Shown in pieces: positions 20,429-30,516 of a stretch of 64,000 nucleotides of DNA (positions within the stretch are counted from its first letter, which is position 1; each line of letters opens with the position of its first letter). Source of the stretch: an uncultured Candidatus Rokubacteria bacterium. Lineage in GTDB: Bacteria > Methylomirabilota > Methylomirabilia > Rokubacteriales > CSP1-6. A program made the position numbers and the translations under genes. The stretch spans positions 64,001-128,000 of the forward strand of contig CAVWFS010000018.1 in NCBI GenBank assembly GCA_963754315.1, given 5' to 3'. The notes under the pieces are model-generated. The model saw nothing but the letters and a program-made list of their open reading frames with translations, was not told the DNA's origin and ran no database searches.

Positions 20429-21673
20429 GTGCTGCGCGTCCTGATCGGCGCGACGCTGATCGACGGCACTGGCGCGGCCCCGGTGCCGGATGCAGCGGTG
20501 CTGATCGACGGCGAGCGCATCTCGGCCGCCGGCCCCCGGACGGCCGTCAGATGGCCCGCGGACGCCGAGGTCATCGACGTCCGCGGCCGTACCGTCCTCC
20601 CTGGGCTTATCGACGCCCACGATCACCTGGCCTCGCATGGCTACGGCCTTGCCACGCGCCTGGGGCTGGACGAGCCGGCGAGCACTGCTCACCTGCGCAC
20701 GGCGCGCGTGCTCGCGGAGACGGTGGCCATGGGCTATACCACTGTCCGCGACGGCGGTGGGCTCGACCTCGGCTTCAAGATTGCGATCGAGCAGGGCCTC
20801 ATCCAGGGGCCGCGCCTCGTGCTCGGCGTGCAGATCGTCTCGCCCACAGGTGGCATCGGCGATCGTGTCAGTCCATCCGGCCATGCCTGCTGTGCCGCCT
20901 ATGACCCGCTCCTGCCCAACAGCGTCGGCAACGGACCCGACGGGGTCCGCGACGTGGTGCGCACGATGGTGCGCGCGGGGGCCGACGTCATCAAGACCGC
21001 GACCACGGGCGGCGCCAGCTCGCGTGCCGGCCATGGGCCGCTCGACGCCGCCTTCACCCTGGCCGAGATGAAAGCCCTTGTGGCAGAGTCGCGCGCACTC
21101 GGGCGGCGGGTGATGTGCCACGCGCTCGGCGGGCCCGGGCTGAGAACGGCCATCGAGGCGGGGGTGAATTCAATCGAGCACGGGTGTTACCTCGATGAGG
21201 ACTCGGAGCTTCTGATCCGGATGGCGGCGCAGGGGACGTTCTTCGTGCCCACCCTCCTCGTGTACGAGTACCATCGTGAGAGCCCCGCGCCCCACGTCCG
21301 TCAGCGCGCCGTGGATCTGCACAAGCATCATCTGGCCAGCATTCGCCGTGCGCTCGAGCTGGGGGTGCCGATCGCCGCCGGCACCGACGCGGGCGGCCAC
21401 GGCCACCCGCGGAACGCACGCGAGCTCTCGTGTCTGGTGGAGGCGGGCCTCACGCCGATGCAAGCTCTCCGAGCGGGCACGCAGTGGGCAGCCCAGTGCC
21501 TTGCCCTCGAGCGTGAGGTCGGCACGCTCGAGAAGGGCCGCCTGGCCGACGCGGTCGTCGTCAATGGCAACCCGCTCGACGATATCACCATGCTCGCCGA
21601 TCCAGCGCGGATTGAGCTGGTGCTCAAAGGCGGCGCCATCTGCGCCGACCGCCGCCCAGCCACATTCCGCTAG
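20429..21673 (+). CDS. Amidohydrolase family protein (Xaa-Pro dipeptidase-like)
   Basis: PGLIDAHDH, GYTTVRD, GADVIK, CHA, SIEHG, AGTDAG. Confidence 0.88.
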   Translation: MLRVLIGATLIDGTGAAPVPDAAVLIDGERISAAGPRTAVRWPADAEVIDVRGRTVLPGLIDAHDHLASHGYGLATRLGLDEPASTAHLRTARVLAETVAMGYTTVRDGGGLDLGFKIAIEQGLIQGPRLVLGVQIVSPTGGIGDRVSPSGHACCAAYDPLLPNSVGNGPDGVRDVVRTMVRAGADVIKTATTGGASSRAGHGPLDAAFTLAEMKALVAESRALGRRVMCHALGGPGLRTAIEAGVNSIEHGCYLDEDSELLIRMAAQGTFFVPTLLVYEYHRESPAPHVRQRAVDLHKHHLASIRRALELGVPIAAGTDAGGHGHPRNARELSCLVEAGLTPMQALRAGTQWAAQCLALEREVGTLEKGRLADAVVVNGNPLDDITMLADPARIELVLKGGAICADRRPATFR

Positions 21674-21793
21674 CCCGGCTGTCTTTCGCCGAGACCTCAT
21701 CCGATCGGCATCGTGCCGACTCGACCTCACTGCCGAGGAACGTTCCGCATGCACGAGCTTGGCTCGGGGCTGGGCCCCGGCGGGGCCCCAAGT

Positions 21794-21862
21794 TCAGGCC
21801 TCCGAATGGCGTTCCGTCACTGAGGCGCGGAGGCGCTCATCGACAGTCAGCAGCTCCAGTCG
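21794..21862 (-). pseudogene. Probable C-terminal remnant of a PIN/VapC toxin
   Basis: Alternative frame reads RLELLTVDERLRASVTERHSEA*, resembling the LxLLT/SxDxxL end of PIN domains; joined directly to the antitoxin. Confidence 0.4.
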
Positions 21863-22077
21863 CCTTTTGACAGGCTCGGGCGGGTGAGTTCCCCTGCCTC
21901 CGCCAGGGCCTGGAGCCGGTCGTCGATAGAAAGCCCAGCCGGTCCGTGTCGGTGCGCGGCACGAAGCTCAGCCACGACCTCGTCGCGGTCTGTGATCAGC
22001 ACGGTTTCCCCGGTTCGGACCAGGCGGATGTATTCGGAAAGACGCGCCTTGAGTTGCTTGACGCCGACTGACTTCAT
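21847..22077 (-). CDS. Phd/YefM family antitoxin, probably 3'-truncated
   Basis: MKSVGVKQLKARLSEYIRLVRTGETVLITDRDEVVAEL. Confidence 0.85.
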   Translation of the reverse strand: MKSVGVKQLKARLSEYIRLVRTGETVLITDRDEVVAELRAAHRHGPAGLSIDDRLQALAEAGELTRPSLSKGDWSC

Positions 22078-22164
22078 ACCGCCATGGTAGTCACCGGTGG
22101 CGTCCGCCTCGGCGCCGATCGGCCACCTGTGTCTCGGTGACGCACATCGCGCGGATCCCGCCAC

Positions 22165-22929
22165 TTAGTGCATCTGCGCCCCGCCGTCGACGACCAGGGT
22201 CTGACCGGTGATGAAGTCGCTCTCGGCCGAGCAGAGGAACAGCGCGGCGCCCACCACGTCCTGCGGGACCTCCGTGCGCTTGATGGCGCGGGCGGCCAGA
22301 CGCTGCTGGTTCTGCGCGTCGCGCGCGGGGTCGACCTCGTCCGTGCTGATGATCAGTCCGGGCGCGATGGCGTTGACGTTGATGTTGTGCGCACCGAGCT
22401 CACGGGCCAGTGACCGGGTGAGGCCAATGACCCCGGCCTTGGACGTCACGTAGTGCGCGGCGTTGGGCGCGCCGTAGAAGACGGTCCCCGAGCTGATATT
22501 GACGATCTTGCCAGACTGCTGGCGCTTCATAGCCGGCACCACGGCGCGACAGCAGAGGAAGATACCGCGCAGGTTCACGGCCATGAGCCGGTCCCATTCC
22601 TCCACGGGAATCTGCTCGAAGGGCACCCGTGACATGGCCGGCCGCTGGAACAGCGCCGCGTTGTTGATCAGGCCGTCGATGCGGCCGAAGCGGTCGAGGG
22701 TCGCCCGCGCCATCTGCTCGGTGTCGGCTGGCTCGGCCACGTCGGTGCGGATGGCCAGGGCGTCGTGCCCCTCCTTGCTCAGGGCGCGCGCCAGTTCGTC
22801 GCCGCCGCCGTCGTCGAGATCGGCGACCACGACCCTTGCTCCCTCCCTCGCGAGTCCCTGACAGTACGCTCGTCCGATCCCGTGCGCGCCGCCGGTGACG
22901 ATGATCACCCGATCCTGGAGCCTGCCCAT
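22165..22929 (-). CDS. SDR family oxidoreductase
   Basis: TGGAHGIG, NNAA, YVTSK. Confidence 0.92.
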   Translation of the reverse strand: MGRLQDRVIIVTGGAHGIGRAYCQGLAREGARVVVADLDDGGGDELARALSKEGHDALAIRTDVAEPADTEQMARATLDRFGRIDGLINNAALFQRPAMSRVPFEQIPVEEWDRLMAVNLRGIFLCCRAVVPAMKRQQSGKIVNISSGTVFYGAPNAAHYVTSKAGVIGLTRSLARELGAHNINVNAIAPGLIISTDEVDPARDAQNQQRLAARAIKRTEVPQDVVGAALFLCSAESDFITGQTLVVDGGAQMH

Positions 22930-22984
22930 GGTTGTCTCCTGCGCTTGCCCGAGACGGGCTGACCGGACTCGCTCGTACGCGGTC

Positions 22985-25507
22985 CTATCCGAGTGCGTCG
23001 AGGAGCGAGCGTTGGCGGGCTAGGCGCTGCGGACGCTCCCGAGCAAAGCGCTGCACGCCCGCCAAGATCGAGTCCGCGTCCAGATGAGCCTCGGCGATCA
23101 CGTCCGCTTCCGTGCCGCCAGTGAGCCACTGGTTTTCCTGGTCGGCGGTGAGCGAATAGTCGTCGGCCAGGGAGCCCACGTTGCACAGCGGCCACATGCG
23201 CCGAGTGCCGCTGCTGACGAACATGAGGTCCTGGCGCGCCTCGGCCGGCAGCACGGCGCGGCGATAAGCGTCTGGCTGGCGGTCGAACAGTTCCTCGCTG
23301 ATGGCCGCGATCACCTTCACGTTGACGCCGGCCGCTGCCAGCTTCGGCAGCACAGACACCAGATTGAATGTCGAGCTCGATCCCTGCGCCACCACGTAGC
23401 CGTGCCGGGGCTGGCCGGGGGCGAAGTCGCGAATGACGTACAGGCCCTTGGCGGCCGCCCTCAGGTCGGGGTCCGCGAACGTACTCCGATCGGCCACACG
23501 AAAGTCGGGGCGGGCCACCTCGATGATGATGATGCCCACCTTCTTCTCCCTGGCGGCGATCTCCGCCGCTGCGAAGTAGCCGGGCGCCACGTCGTTGTAG
23601 TCCCAGAAGCTCAGGTTGATGACCTGGTCGCGCGGGAAGAGCTTCCACACCTGGGGCGCGAAGATGCCGAAATGCGTGCGCGCGTCGGCAGCGGTCTCGG
23701 GGCCCGAATGCCCCGCCAGGATGTGCAGGACACCCGTGCGGAACTTGCTGTCCTGGTTCTGCTGACTCCACACGCGCGCGGGCAGGTACATGAGCGGGGT
23801 GAAGGCGCCGTAGGTGCCACTGATCGCCCATACTCCGGCAAACTTCTCAGGGTCCACCGACGCGTTCTGGCCGACGAGGCCGATGGCGCTGGACACGTTA
23901 CCCGCCTCCTGGATGGCGGCCTTGAGACGCGTCCCCAGCGGGTTGGTCTCGGGATTGTAATGTCCCCAGATGCTACCGTGCTCCAGGTTAACGGATTCCG
24001 ACAGATCGGCGGCCAGGGTCAGCACGCGGTTGTCTGTGGCGTAGTTCAGCCACTTTACGATCTCCGAGATCGCCCGGCGGGCCCCGGCGACCTCGCCCGC
24101 CTTGCGAAACAGAGCGATCTTGAGCGACTTCTCCCCGCCGGACAGGGGGTTCTTCACGGTGAGGGTCTGCGTCTCTTCGGGGAGATTGGCGACGCGCAGA
24201 CGCTCATCGAGGAAGGGATCGCGCTTCGGGTCGATGCGGAGCGGAATGTGGTCCTTGACCGAATCGCCGAGCGCGACCAAGCGGTCGGCCAGCCAGTCTC
24301 CCAGGCCATTGCGCTCTAGCACCGACATGGCCACGTCGATGTTGGTCTTGAACTGGATGAGGCGCTCGCGCGGGTCGGTCACCGGCCCCTGGTCGAGGCC
24401 CGAGAACTTCAGGCCGTAGCGGTCCTCGAAGGTGCGCGCCAGGGACACGAAGTATTCCGAGTTCATTTTCATCCCATACGGATGGCTCGGATACCCCACC
24501 ACCTGATCACCGGCACCGGGGATCTTGCCGTTCACGGCGGCGGGCCAGTACCCCTTGGTGGTCGTGCCGATCACGACCATCGGACGGCGATCCGCCGGGT
24601 CCCATTCCTCCATGGTTCGGAGAACGTCAACGATCTGGTCGTAGTCGTGACCATCGGGCAGCGAGAACACATTCCACCCGTAGGAGGTCCACTGGTCGAT
24701 CAGGCGGTAGCCGGCGAACGCTTTGGACACGACGCCGCCGATCAGCGAGTCGTCGATGCCGGCATTGTTGTCGGACAGGAAGATGCGAAGCCGCTTGCCT
24801 ACCTGCAACGCGATCGCCTGCGTCTTGAGCTCCTGGGCGTGGCCCTCGGTCATGGCGAACTCGCCCTCGAAGGCGATGATCTTGGGCGTCCCCATGGGGG
24901 CGCCCACGATATCCCAGAACGCGGCCTTGCCGGCCGCCGACGCGATGCCTACGCCTGACGGACCACCGTTGACGTCGTTGGTGACGTCGGTGGACTCGAT
25001 GTGCCCGGGGAGGGCCCGGATACCACGCCCCTTGGCTTGAGCGAACAGCGGATGATCCACCAGCCCCTGATCCGCGAGGAGCGATTTCAGCGCTCCCGCG
25101 CCCCGGCGGAAGCCCAGCGCGTCGACGGGCAGCATGGCGACGTCCGGCGCGACGTAGTAGCGGCGGTCGCCCGTAGCCTCGGACTTCCGGTACAGCGCCT
25201 GGCCCATGATCATCCAGAGCGCGTAGCAGGTGGGGGCGCAGTGTCCCCCAGCCAGCATGAACTTGTCGCCATATGGATGCTTGGGACGCCGATAGTCGTA
25301 GCGGAGCCCGCCTCGCTCGGGCCCGACCAGGTGCGCGGCGACGTTGAAGGGTGTGTAGGCAAGCGGGCCGCCGAAGTGCCCGGTCTGGGCGTAGTTGCCG
25401 AGCAAGGTGAGAGTCATGCAAGTCATGAAGCCGACGTCTTCCAGGCGTTGCCGGTCAGGCAAAGGCTGTGATGCCGTGCGCGACAGCGGCGAAGTCTGAA
25501 CGCTCAT
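22985..25507 (-). CDS. Divergent single-chain transketolase-like ThDP enzyme
   Basis: GHFGG, GGH, PGHIE, FEGEFAMTEG...DNNAGID, AADLSES, IQEAG, RTH align in order with transketolase motifs. Confidence 0.75.
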   Translation of the reverse strand: MSVQTSPLSRTASQPLPDRQRLEDVGFMTCMTLTLLGNYAQTGHFGGPLAYTPFNVAAHLVGPERGGLRYDYRRPKHPYGDKFMLAGGHCAPTCYALWMIMGQALYRKSEATGDRRYYVAPDVAMLPVDALGFRRGAGALKSLLADQGLVDHPLFAQAKGRGIRALPGHIESTDVTNDVNGGPSGVGIASAAGKAAFWDIVGAPMGTPKIIAFEGEFAMTEGHAQELKTQAIALQVGKRLRIFLSDNNAGIDDSLIGGVVSKAFAGYRLIDQWTSYGWNVFSLPDGHDYDQIVDVLRTMEEWDPADRRPMVVIGTTTKGYWPAAVNGKIPGAGDQVVGYPSHPYGMKMNSEYFVSLARTFEDRYGLKFSGLDQGPVTDPRERLIQFKTNIDVAMSVLERNGLGDWLADRLVALGDSVKDHIPLRIDPKRDPFLDERLRVANLPEETQTLTVKNPLSGGEKSLKIALFRKAGEVAGARRAISEIVKWLNYATDNRVLTLAADLSESVNLEHGSIWGHYNPETNPLGTRLKAAIQEAGNVSSAIGLVGQNASVDPEKFAGVWAISGTYGAFTPLMYLPARVWSQQNQDSKFRTGVLHILAGHSGPETAADARTHFGIFAPQVWKLFPRDQVINLSFWDYNDVAPGYFAAAEIAAREKKVGIIIIEVARPDFRVADRSTFADPDLRAAAKGLYVIRDFAPGQPRHGYVVAQGSSSTFNLVSVLPKLAAAGVNVKVIAAISEELFDRQPDAYRRAVLPAEARQDLMFVSSGTRRMWPLCNVGSLADDYSLTADQENQWLTGGTEADVIAEAHLDADSILAGVQRFARERPQRLARQRSLLDALG

Positions 25508-25594
25508 CCTGAAATCTCCCCCTTCATGGACTCGTACTCTCGGCAAGCAGTCTGGGGGGCATTCTACGGTTGACCGGGCAAGAGGGAAAGCGGC

Positions 25595-26815
25595 CTAGCG
25601 AAGGCGCGGTCCGGGGTCCATCCCCAGGTAAACCCGGCCGCCAATCGGGTACCACTCTGGCGCGATGGTGACCGTCTGGCCGACGACGTGGAGGTCGCGC
25701 CAGCACTCGGCCAGGCGGCTCTCGCGCTCGAACGACGTGCTGCCACCGTGTCGGTACATCAGGTCCATCGCCTCGCGCGCGCTGTCGGCGGCGTAGACTG
25801 CGGCCAGCCGGCAGCGAGCGCGCTGCTCGAGGGTGGTCTCTTCGCCGGCCGCGACAATGTTCCAGAGCTCCGCGATCGTGGCGCTGCGGTAGACGCGGCC
25901 GGCGTTCAGGATCGCGTCGGCTCGACCGACCGCGTCCTGAACCTGCGGATTCTCGCAGAGCAGACCGGTTCGGCCTCGCGGCGTCTTCCCCCCGGCTAGC
26001 TCGATCAGCGCGTCGATGCCGGCCCGAGCGATTCCGGTGATCACGGCGCTATGATGGGGCCCGACCCAGGCCTGGGCGGGCAAGGCGTAGGGGATTCCCG
26101 GCCAGCGCTTCCACTGATTGTCCAGGGGGACGCCGGCGTGGACCATCGTCCGCCGCTGGGGCAGGAAGACGTCCTCGACCGTCCAGTCGAAGCTGCCGGT
26201 CGCGCGCATTCCGGTCACGTCCCAGCTCCCATCCACGACCTGCGTTTCGGAGCGCGGAAAGACCCCCCGCCAGTAGGCCGAGCTACCGTCCGGGCTGCGG
26301 CGCGGCTGGTCACCGTCGAGGATCTGGAAGCTGCCCAGCATCCAGGAGCTCTCCTGACAGCCGCTGCCGAAACGCCAGCGACCGGTGACTCGGTAGCCCC
26401 CATCGACCGGCACGGCGCGCCCGCCCCCCTGCACGGCAGTACCGGCGATGACGGTGTCGGCCGCATGCTCGAAGATCTCGTGGACACCCTCGTCCGGCAA
26501 CCCGAGCGTGACGAGCTGGACGATGCTGTTGTTTGCGAGATTCCAGCCAACCGAACCGGCCGCCTCCGACAGCAGTTCCACGACGCGCAGGTACGTGAGC
26601 GGGTCGACCTGCAGGCCACCCAGCGCACGCGGGATCACCAGGCTGTAGAAGCCGGCCGCGTGAAACTGCTCGACCAGCGCTTTCGGCAGCCGCTGCTCGC
26701 GCTCGATCTCCTCGCGATAGCCACGGATGGCCGGCCGCATGGCGAGGGCCGCCTGGACCGGGGGGTGAGCGTCGATATTGGCCGGTAAACGCGTGTCCTC
26801 GATGACCCGCTGCAT
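25595..26815 (-). CDS. Acyl-CoA dehydrogenase-fold flavin-dependent hydroxylase (HsaA-like)
   Basis: GSVGW, GRWRFGSG, WDVTGMRATGS, ECWRDLH. Confidence 0.85.
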   Translation of the reverse strand: MQRVIEDTRLPANIDAHPPVQAALAMRPAIRGYREEIEREQRLPKALVEQFHAAGFYSLVIPRALGGLQVDPLTYLRVVELLSEAAGSVGWNLANNSIVQLVTLGLPDEGVHEIFEHAADTVIAGTAVQGGGRAVPVDGGYRVTGRWRFGSGCQESSWMLGSFQILDGDQPRRSPDGSSAYWRGVFPRSETQVVDGSWDVTGMRATGSFDWTVEDVFLPQRRTMVHAGVPLDNQWKRWPGIPYALPAQAWVGPHHSAVITGIARAGIDALIELAGGKTPRGRTGLLCENPQVQDAVGRADAILNAGRVYRSATIAELWNIVAAGEETTLEQRARCRLAAVYAADSAREAMDLMYRHGGSTSFERESRLAECWRDLHVVGQTVTIAPEWYPIGGRVYLGMDPGPRLR

Positions 26816-26984
26816 GGGATGTCCTCTCAGATCGGCGGAATTTCTGGCGCGTTCGCCCGCGGGCCTGGTCCCAACGCTCACCTCGCTTCGCCCGAGTCTT
26901 GCAGCTTGAGCGGATGTTCCGCTGGCGAAGCCGGGGTGTCAAGGGGCTGACCAGTGGTAACGTTGAGATGGGAGGAACCTTCTC

Positions 26985-28229
26985 ATGCCGCGCCTGAGCT
27001 TTGGAGCTTTTCTCGCCCCGCACCACCCCATCGGTGAGCACCCGATGTTGCAGTTCCGCCGCGATCTCGACCTCGTCGAGCTTCTGGACAAGCTCGGGTA
27101 CGACGAATTCTGGTGCGGCGAGCACCATTCCAGCGGCTGGGAGACGATAGGGTCGCCCGAGATGTTCCTGGCCGCGGCAGGCGAGCGATCGAAGCGCATC
27201 AAGCTCGCAACGGGGGTTGTGTCCCTCCCCTATCACCATCCGTTCAACGTGGCGCAACGGATAGTCCAGCTCGATTACATGACCGGCGGCCGGGTGATCT
27301 TCGGCACCGGGCCGGGCGCACTCGCGTCGGACGCCCACACGCTTGGCATTGATCCGATGCTGCTCCGCGACCGCCAGGACGAGGCCATCGGCATCATCCG
27401 CCGCCTCTTCCGCGGCGAGCGGTTGACCGTCAAATCCGAGTGGTTCACGTTGCAGGACGCTGCCCTCCAACTGTTGCCGCTGCAGGAGGACATGCCCTTC
27501 GCCGTCGCCTCCCAGATTAGTCCCTCGGGCATGACCTTGGCCGGCAAGCACGGGATCGGCGTCATCTCGATCGGGTCGCTCTCGGAGGAAGGCCTGAATG
27601 CCCTGCCGACGCAATGGAGCTTCGCGGAGGCCGCCGCCACCGAGCATGGCCAGACCGTCGATCGCAAGGACTGGCGGGTGCTGATGAGCTGGCACATCGC
27701 GGAAACCCGCGACAAGGCCCGTGCCGAGGCTCGCGACGGCTTGCTGCGGCATCACAACGAATACATTACCGGGACCCTGCAGCGCCCCGGCGCGCGTCCC
27801 TACAGGACTCCCGATGAAGCCGTGGACAAGACCGCCTTTGTCTCTGGCGCCGTCGCCACCATTGGGACTCCGGACGATCTCGTGGAGCGGATCAAATCGG
27901 TCCTCGACATCTCCGGCGGGTTCGGCACCGTGGTCGGCTTCGTCCACGATTGGGCAAACCCGGAGAACACGATGCGAAGCTGGGACATGGTGGCGCGCTA
28001 CGTGGTGCCCGAGATCAACGGCTATCTCGCTGGCCTGCGAAAGTCCCGCGAATTCGTGGCCACAAACCGAGAGTATTTCAACCGCGCTCGCGAGGCCGTG
28101 ATGGCGAAGATCACCGAGAACGAGGCCGCGGCCGCCGCGCTCAAGGTCACGAAGTCGCCGCTGCTGGCCGCTTCGTCTGGCAACGTGCCCGATCTGGAGG
28201 AGGCGCGCTCTCGTGTGGCGCCGCGCTGA
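26985..28229 (+). CDS. LLM class monooxygenase (LimB-like)
   Basis: FGAFLAPHHP, GEHHSSGWE, GPGALASDA, HDWA. Confidence 0.87.
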   Translation: MPRLSFGAFLAPHHPIGEHPMLQFRRDLDLVELLDKLGYDEFWCGEHHSSGWETIGSPEMFLAAAGERSKRIKLATGVVSLPYHHPFNVAQRIVQLDYMTGGRVIFGTGPGALASDAHTLGIDPMLLRDRQDEAIGIIRRLFRGERLTVKSEWFTLQDAALQLLPLQEDMPFAVASQISPSGMTLAGKHGIGVISIGSLSEEGLNALPTQWSFAEAAATEHGQTVDRKDWRVLMSWHIAETRDKARAEARDGLLRHHNEYITGTLQRPGARPYRTPDEAVDKTAFVSGAVATIGTPDDLVERIKSVLDISGGFGTVVGFVHDWANPENTMRSWDMVARYVVPEINGYLAGLRKSREFVATNREYFNRAREAVMAKITENEAAAAALKVTKSPLLAASSGNVPDLEEARSRVAPR

Positions 28230-28245
28230 CGGCCGCGCCAGGACA

Positions 28246-28725
28246 CTAGGCGGACCGGACAGCGTCCTTTCCCCAGCGTAGGCGCAGCCGAAGGCACTCG
28301 GCCTCGCGGATGCCACTGGTCAGGGTGAGGTCGTAGCCGGTGAGGCGGCAGAACGTTTCGATGGCATAGTCGCCGAGATCGACGCGCCGAAGGGCCGCGT
28401 GACGCAGGCCCAGCACCAACCGTGCGATGCCCGCCAGCTTCATGGCTCCCGCGCACATCGGACAAGGCTCCATCGTCGAGTAGATGGTGCCGCCGGCTAC
28501 TCGGTCGGCGCCGTGCGCGCGCGTGGCGGCTCGGATCGCGTCGAACTCGGCGTGCCAGGTGAGGTCGAGTTCGGTGTTCTGCCGGTTCTGGCCGACGGCG
28601 AGGACAGCTCCGTCGCGGACCAGCACGGCGGCCACCGGCCAGTCGCCGCGCGCGAGAGCCTCCTCGGCGTGTCGGAGGGCAAGGTCGAGGTAGTCGGTGT
28701 CGGTCATGGCGAGAGTATTCGTCAC
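28246..28725 (-). CDS. Nucleoside/nucleobase deaminase (TadA/CDA fold)
   Basis: HAE and STMEPCPMC zinc motifs; GTGA coupling to the upstream GGT. Confidence 0.88.
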   Translation of the reverse strand: MTNTLAMTDTDYLDLALRHAEEALARGDWPVAAVLVRDGAVLAVGQNRQNTELDLTWHAEFDAIRAATRAHGADRVAGGTIYSTMEPCPMCAGAMKLAGIARLVLGLRHAALRRVDLGDYAIETFCRLTGYDLTLTSGIREAECLRLRLRWGKDAVRSA

Positions 28726-30465
28726 CAGCCGATCGCGTAGCCCATCCGACGGGGATCGGCGCCGGCGGCGAGGACACCGCGCGCATGGTCGATGGTGATG
28801 GTGCAGACGCCACCCGCCTTCCAGGTCCAGTCCGGCCAGGTCACGACTGCGTGGCCCTTGCCGGCCATGGCGTCGCCGACCTCGGCCGCGAGACCACGCT
28901 CGATGCGCAGCTCATCCGGGCGGTACTCGTGCGGCTCGAACGAGCCGGGATAGCTGTAGGTGGCAAAGCGCGGCGCCTCGATGGCCGCCTGGGGCGCCAT
29001 GCCGAACACGGCGATGTTGAGGAACACCTGGAGCATGGCCTGGCATTGCACATCGCCGCCTGGCGTGCCGAGCGGCATGAACGGCTTGCCGTGCTTGAAG
29101 ACGATGGCCGGGCAGGGGGTGAGCCTCGGGCGCTTGCCGGGGGCTACCGAGCTCGCATGGCCCTCCACGACCCACGACTGCGAGCCGCGCGAGGACACGC
29201 CGAGGCCCGTGCCCGGCGTGATCGGCGCGTTGAGGCAGCCGTCGCTCGGCGTCGCGGAGAAGATGTTGCCGCGCTGATCGACGGCGCACACGTATGTCGT
29301 GTCCAGAGTTTCCACCGTCGCCGCTTGGCCCGGGATGAGGGGGCTCACGGGCGCCGCCGAGGCGTTGATGTGCCGCGGATCGCCGGCCGGCGGCATCCCG
29401 GCGTGCGCGCGGGCAGGATCGATGAGCTGCCGCCGCGCGTCGGCATAGGGTTCCGAGAGCAGGGCGCGCATCGGCACGTCGACGAACTCCGGATCGCCGT
29501 AGTAACGCTCGCGGTCGGCGAAGACGAGCTTGAGGGCCTCGGTGAGCAAGTGGACATAGGCCGGCGAGTTGTGGCCGAGCGCGGCGAGGTCATAGGGCTC
29601 GAGCAGGGTCAGCACCTGTGCCAGCACCGGCCCCTGGCACCAGGGACCGCACGTGAAGACCTCGTACTCGTGAAAGCGTGCGCGTACGGGCTCCTCGACC
29701 TGCACGTGTGAACGCCGCGAGATCGTCATAGGTCAAGAGGCCGCCCTCGGCCGCGTAGAACGCGGCGATCTCGCGCGCGATGTCGCCGCGATAGAACAGA
29801 TCGCGCGCGGCGCGGAGTCCCGCCTGCCGCCCGGAGGGCCGGGCGCCCGCCTCGGCGTCCAGCAGCCGGCGCATCGTGCGCGCGAGGTCGGGCTGCGCGA
29901 AGATCTCTCCCGGTTCGGGCAGACGGCCACCGGGCATGAGCACGGCCGCGCTCGACGGCCACCGCGTGAACTGCCCGACGGCATCGCGGAGGTTCGACGC
30001 CATGAACGGATGCATCGGGAAGCCCTCGGCGGCCAGGCGCAGCGCCTCCTCCATGACCACTTCCAGGCTCAAGGTGCCGTAGCGCTCGAGCGCGGTGATC
30101 CAGGCATCGGGCGAGCCCGGCGTGATGCAGCGCAAGACGCCGGGCGGGATCTTGCCGCCGCAATGCTCCTTGAAATAGGCGACGCTCGCCGCCTGGGGCC
30201 AGCGCCCCAGCCCGCTGATGGTCACGACGCGGTCTTCCTCGGCGAGGTAGACGATGATGGGAGCGACCCCGGCCAGGTTCACCATGTCGATGTGCAGCAC
30301 CGTGAGGCAGAGGCCGGCCGCCACCCCCGCGTCGATCGCATTGCCCCCGCGCGCGAGGATGCGCGCGCCCGCCTGCGTCGCCAGGTAGTGGCCCGAGGCC
30401 ACCATGGCGTGGGTGCCCATGATGGTCGGGCGGTATGAGCCGGAGATCGGTCGCTCACTCATCAC
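28722..30465 (-). CDS. Gamma-glutamyltransferase family protein; frameshift near 29709
   Basis: GGNAIDA, ERYGTL, FADRERYYGDP, nucleophile DTTY, PGKRPRLT, GTPGG, ADPRR across two ORFs. Confidence 0.88.
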
Positions 30466-30516
30466 GTCCTGCCTTTCGGGTGGTGACGGTCGTCACGAGG
30501 GGCCTCGGCCAGGCCG

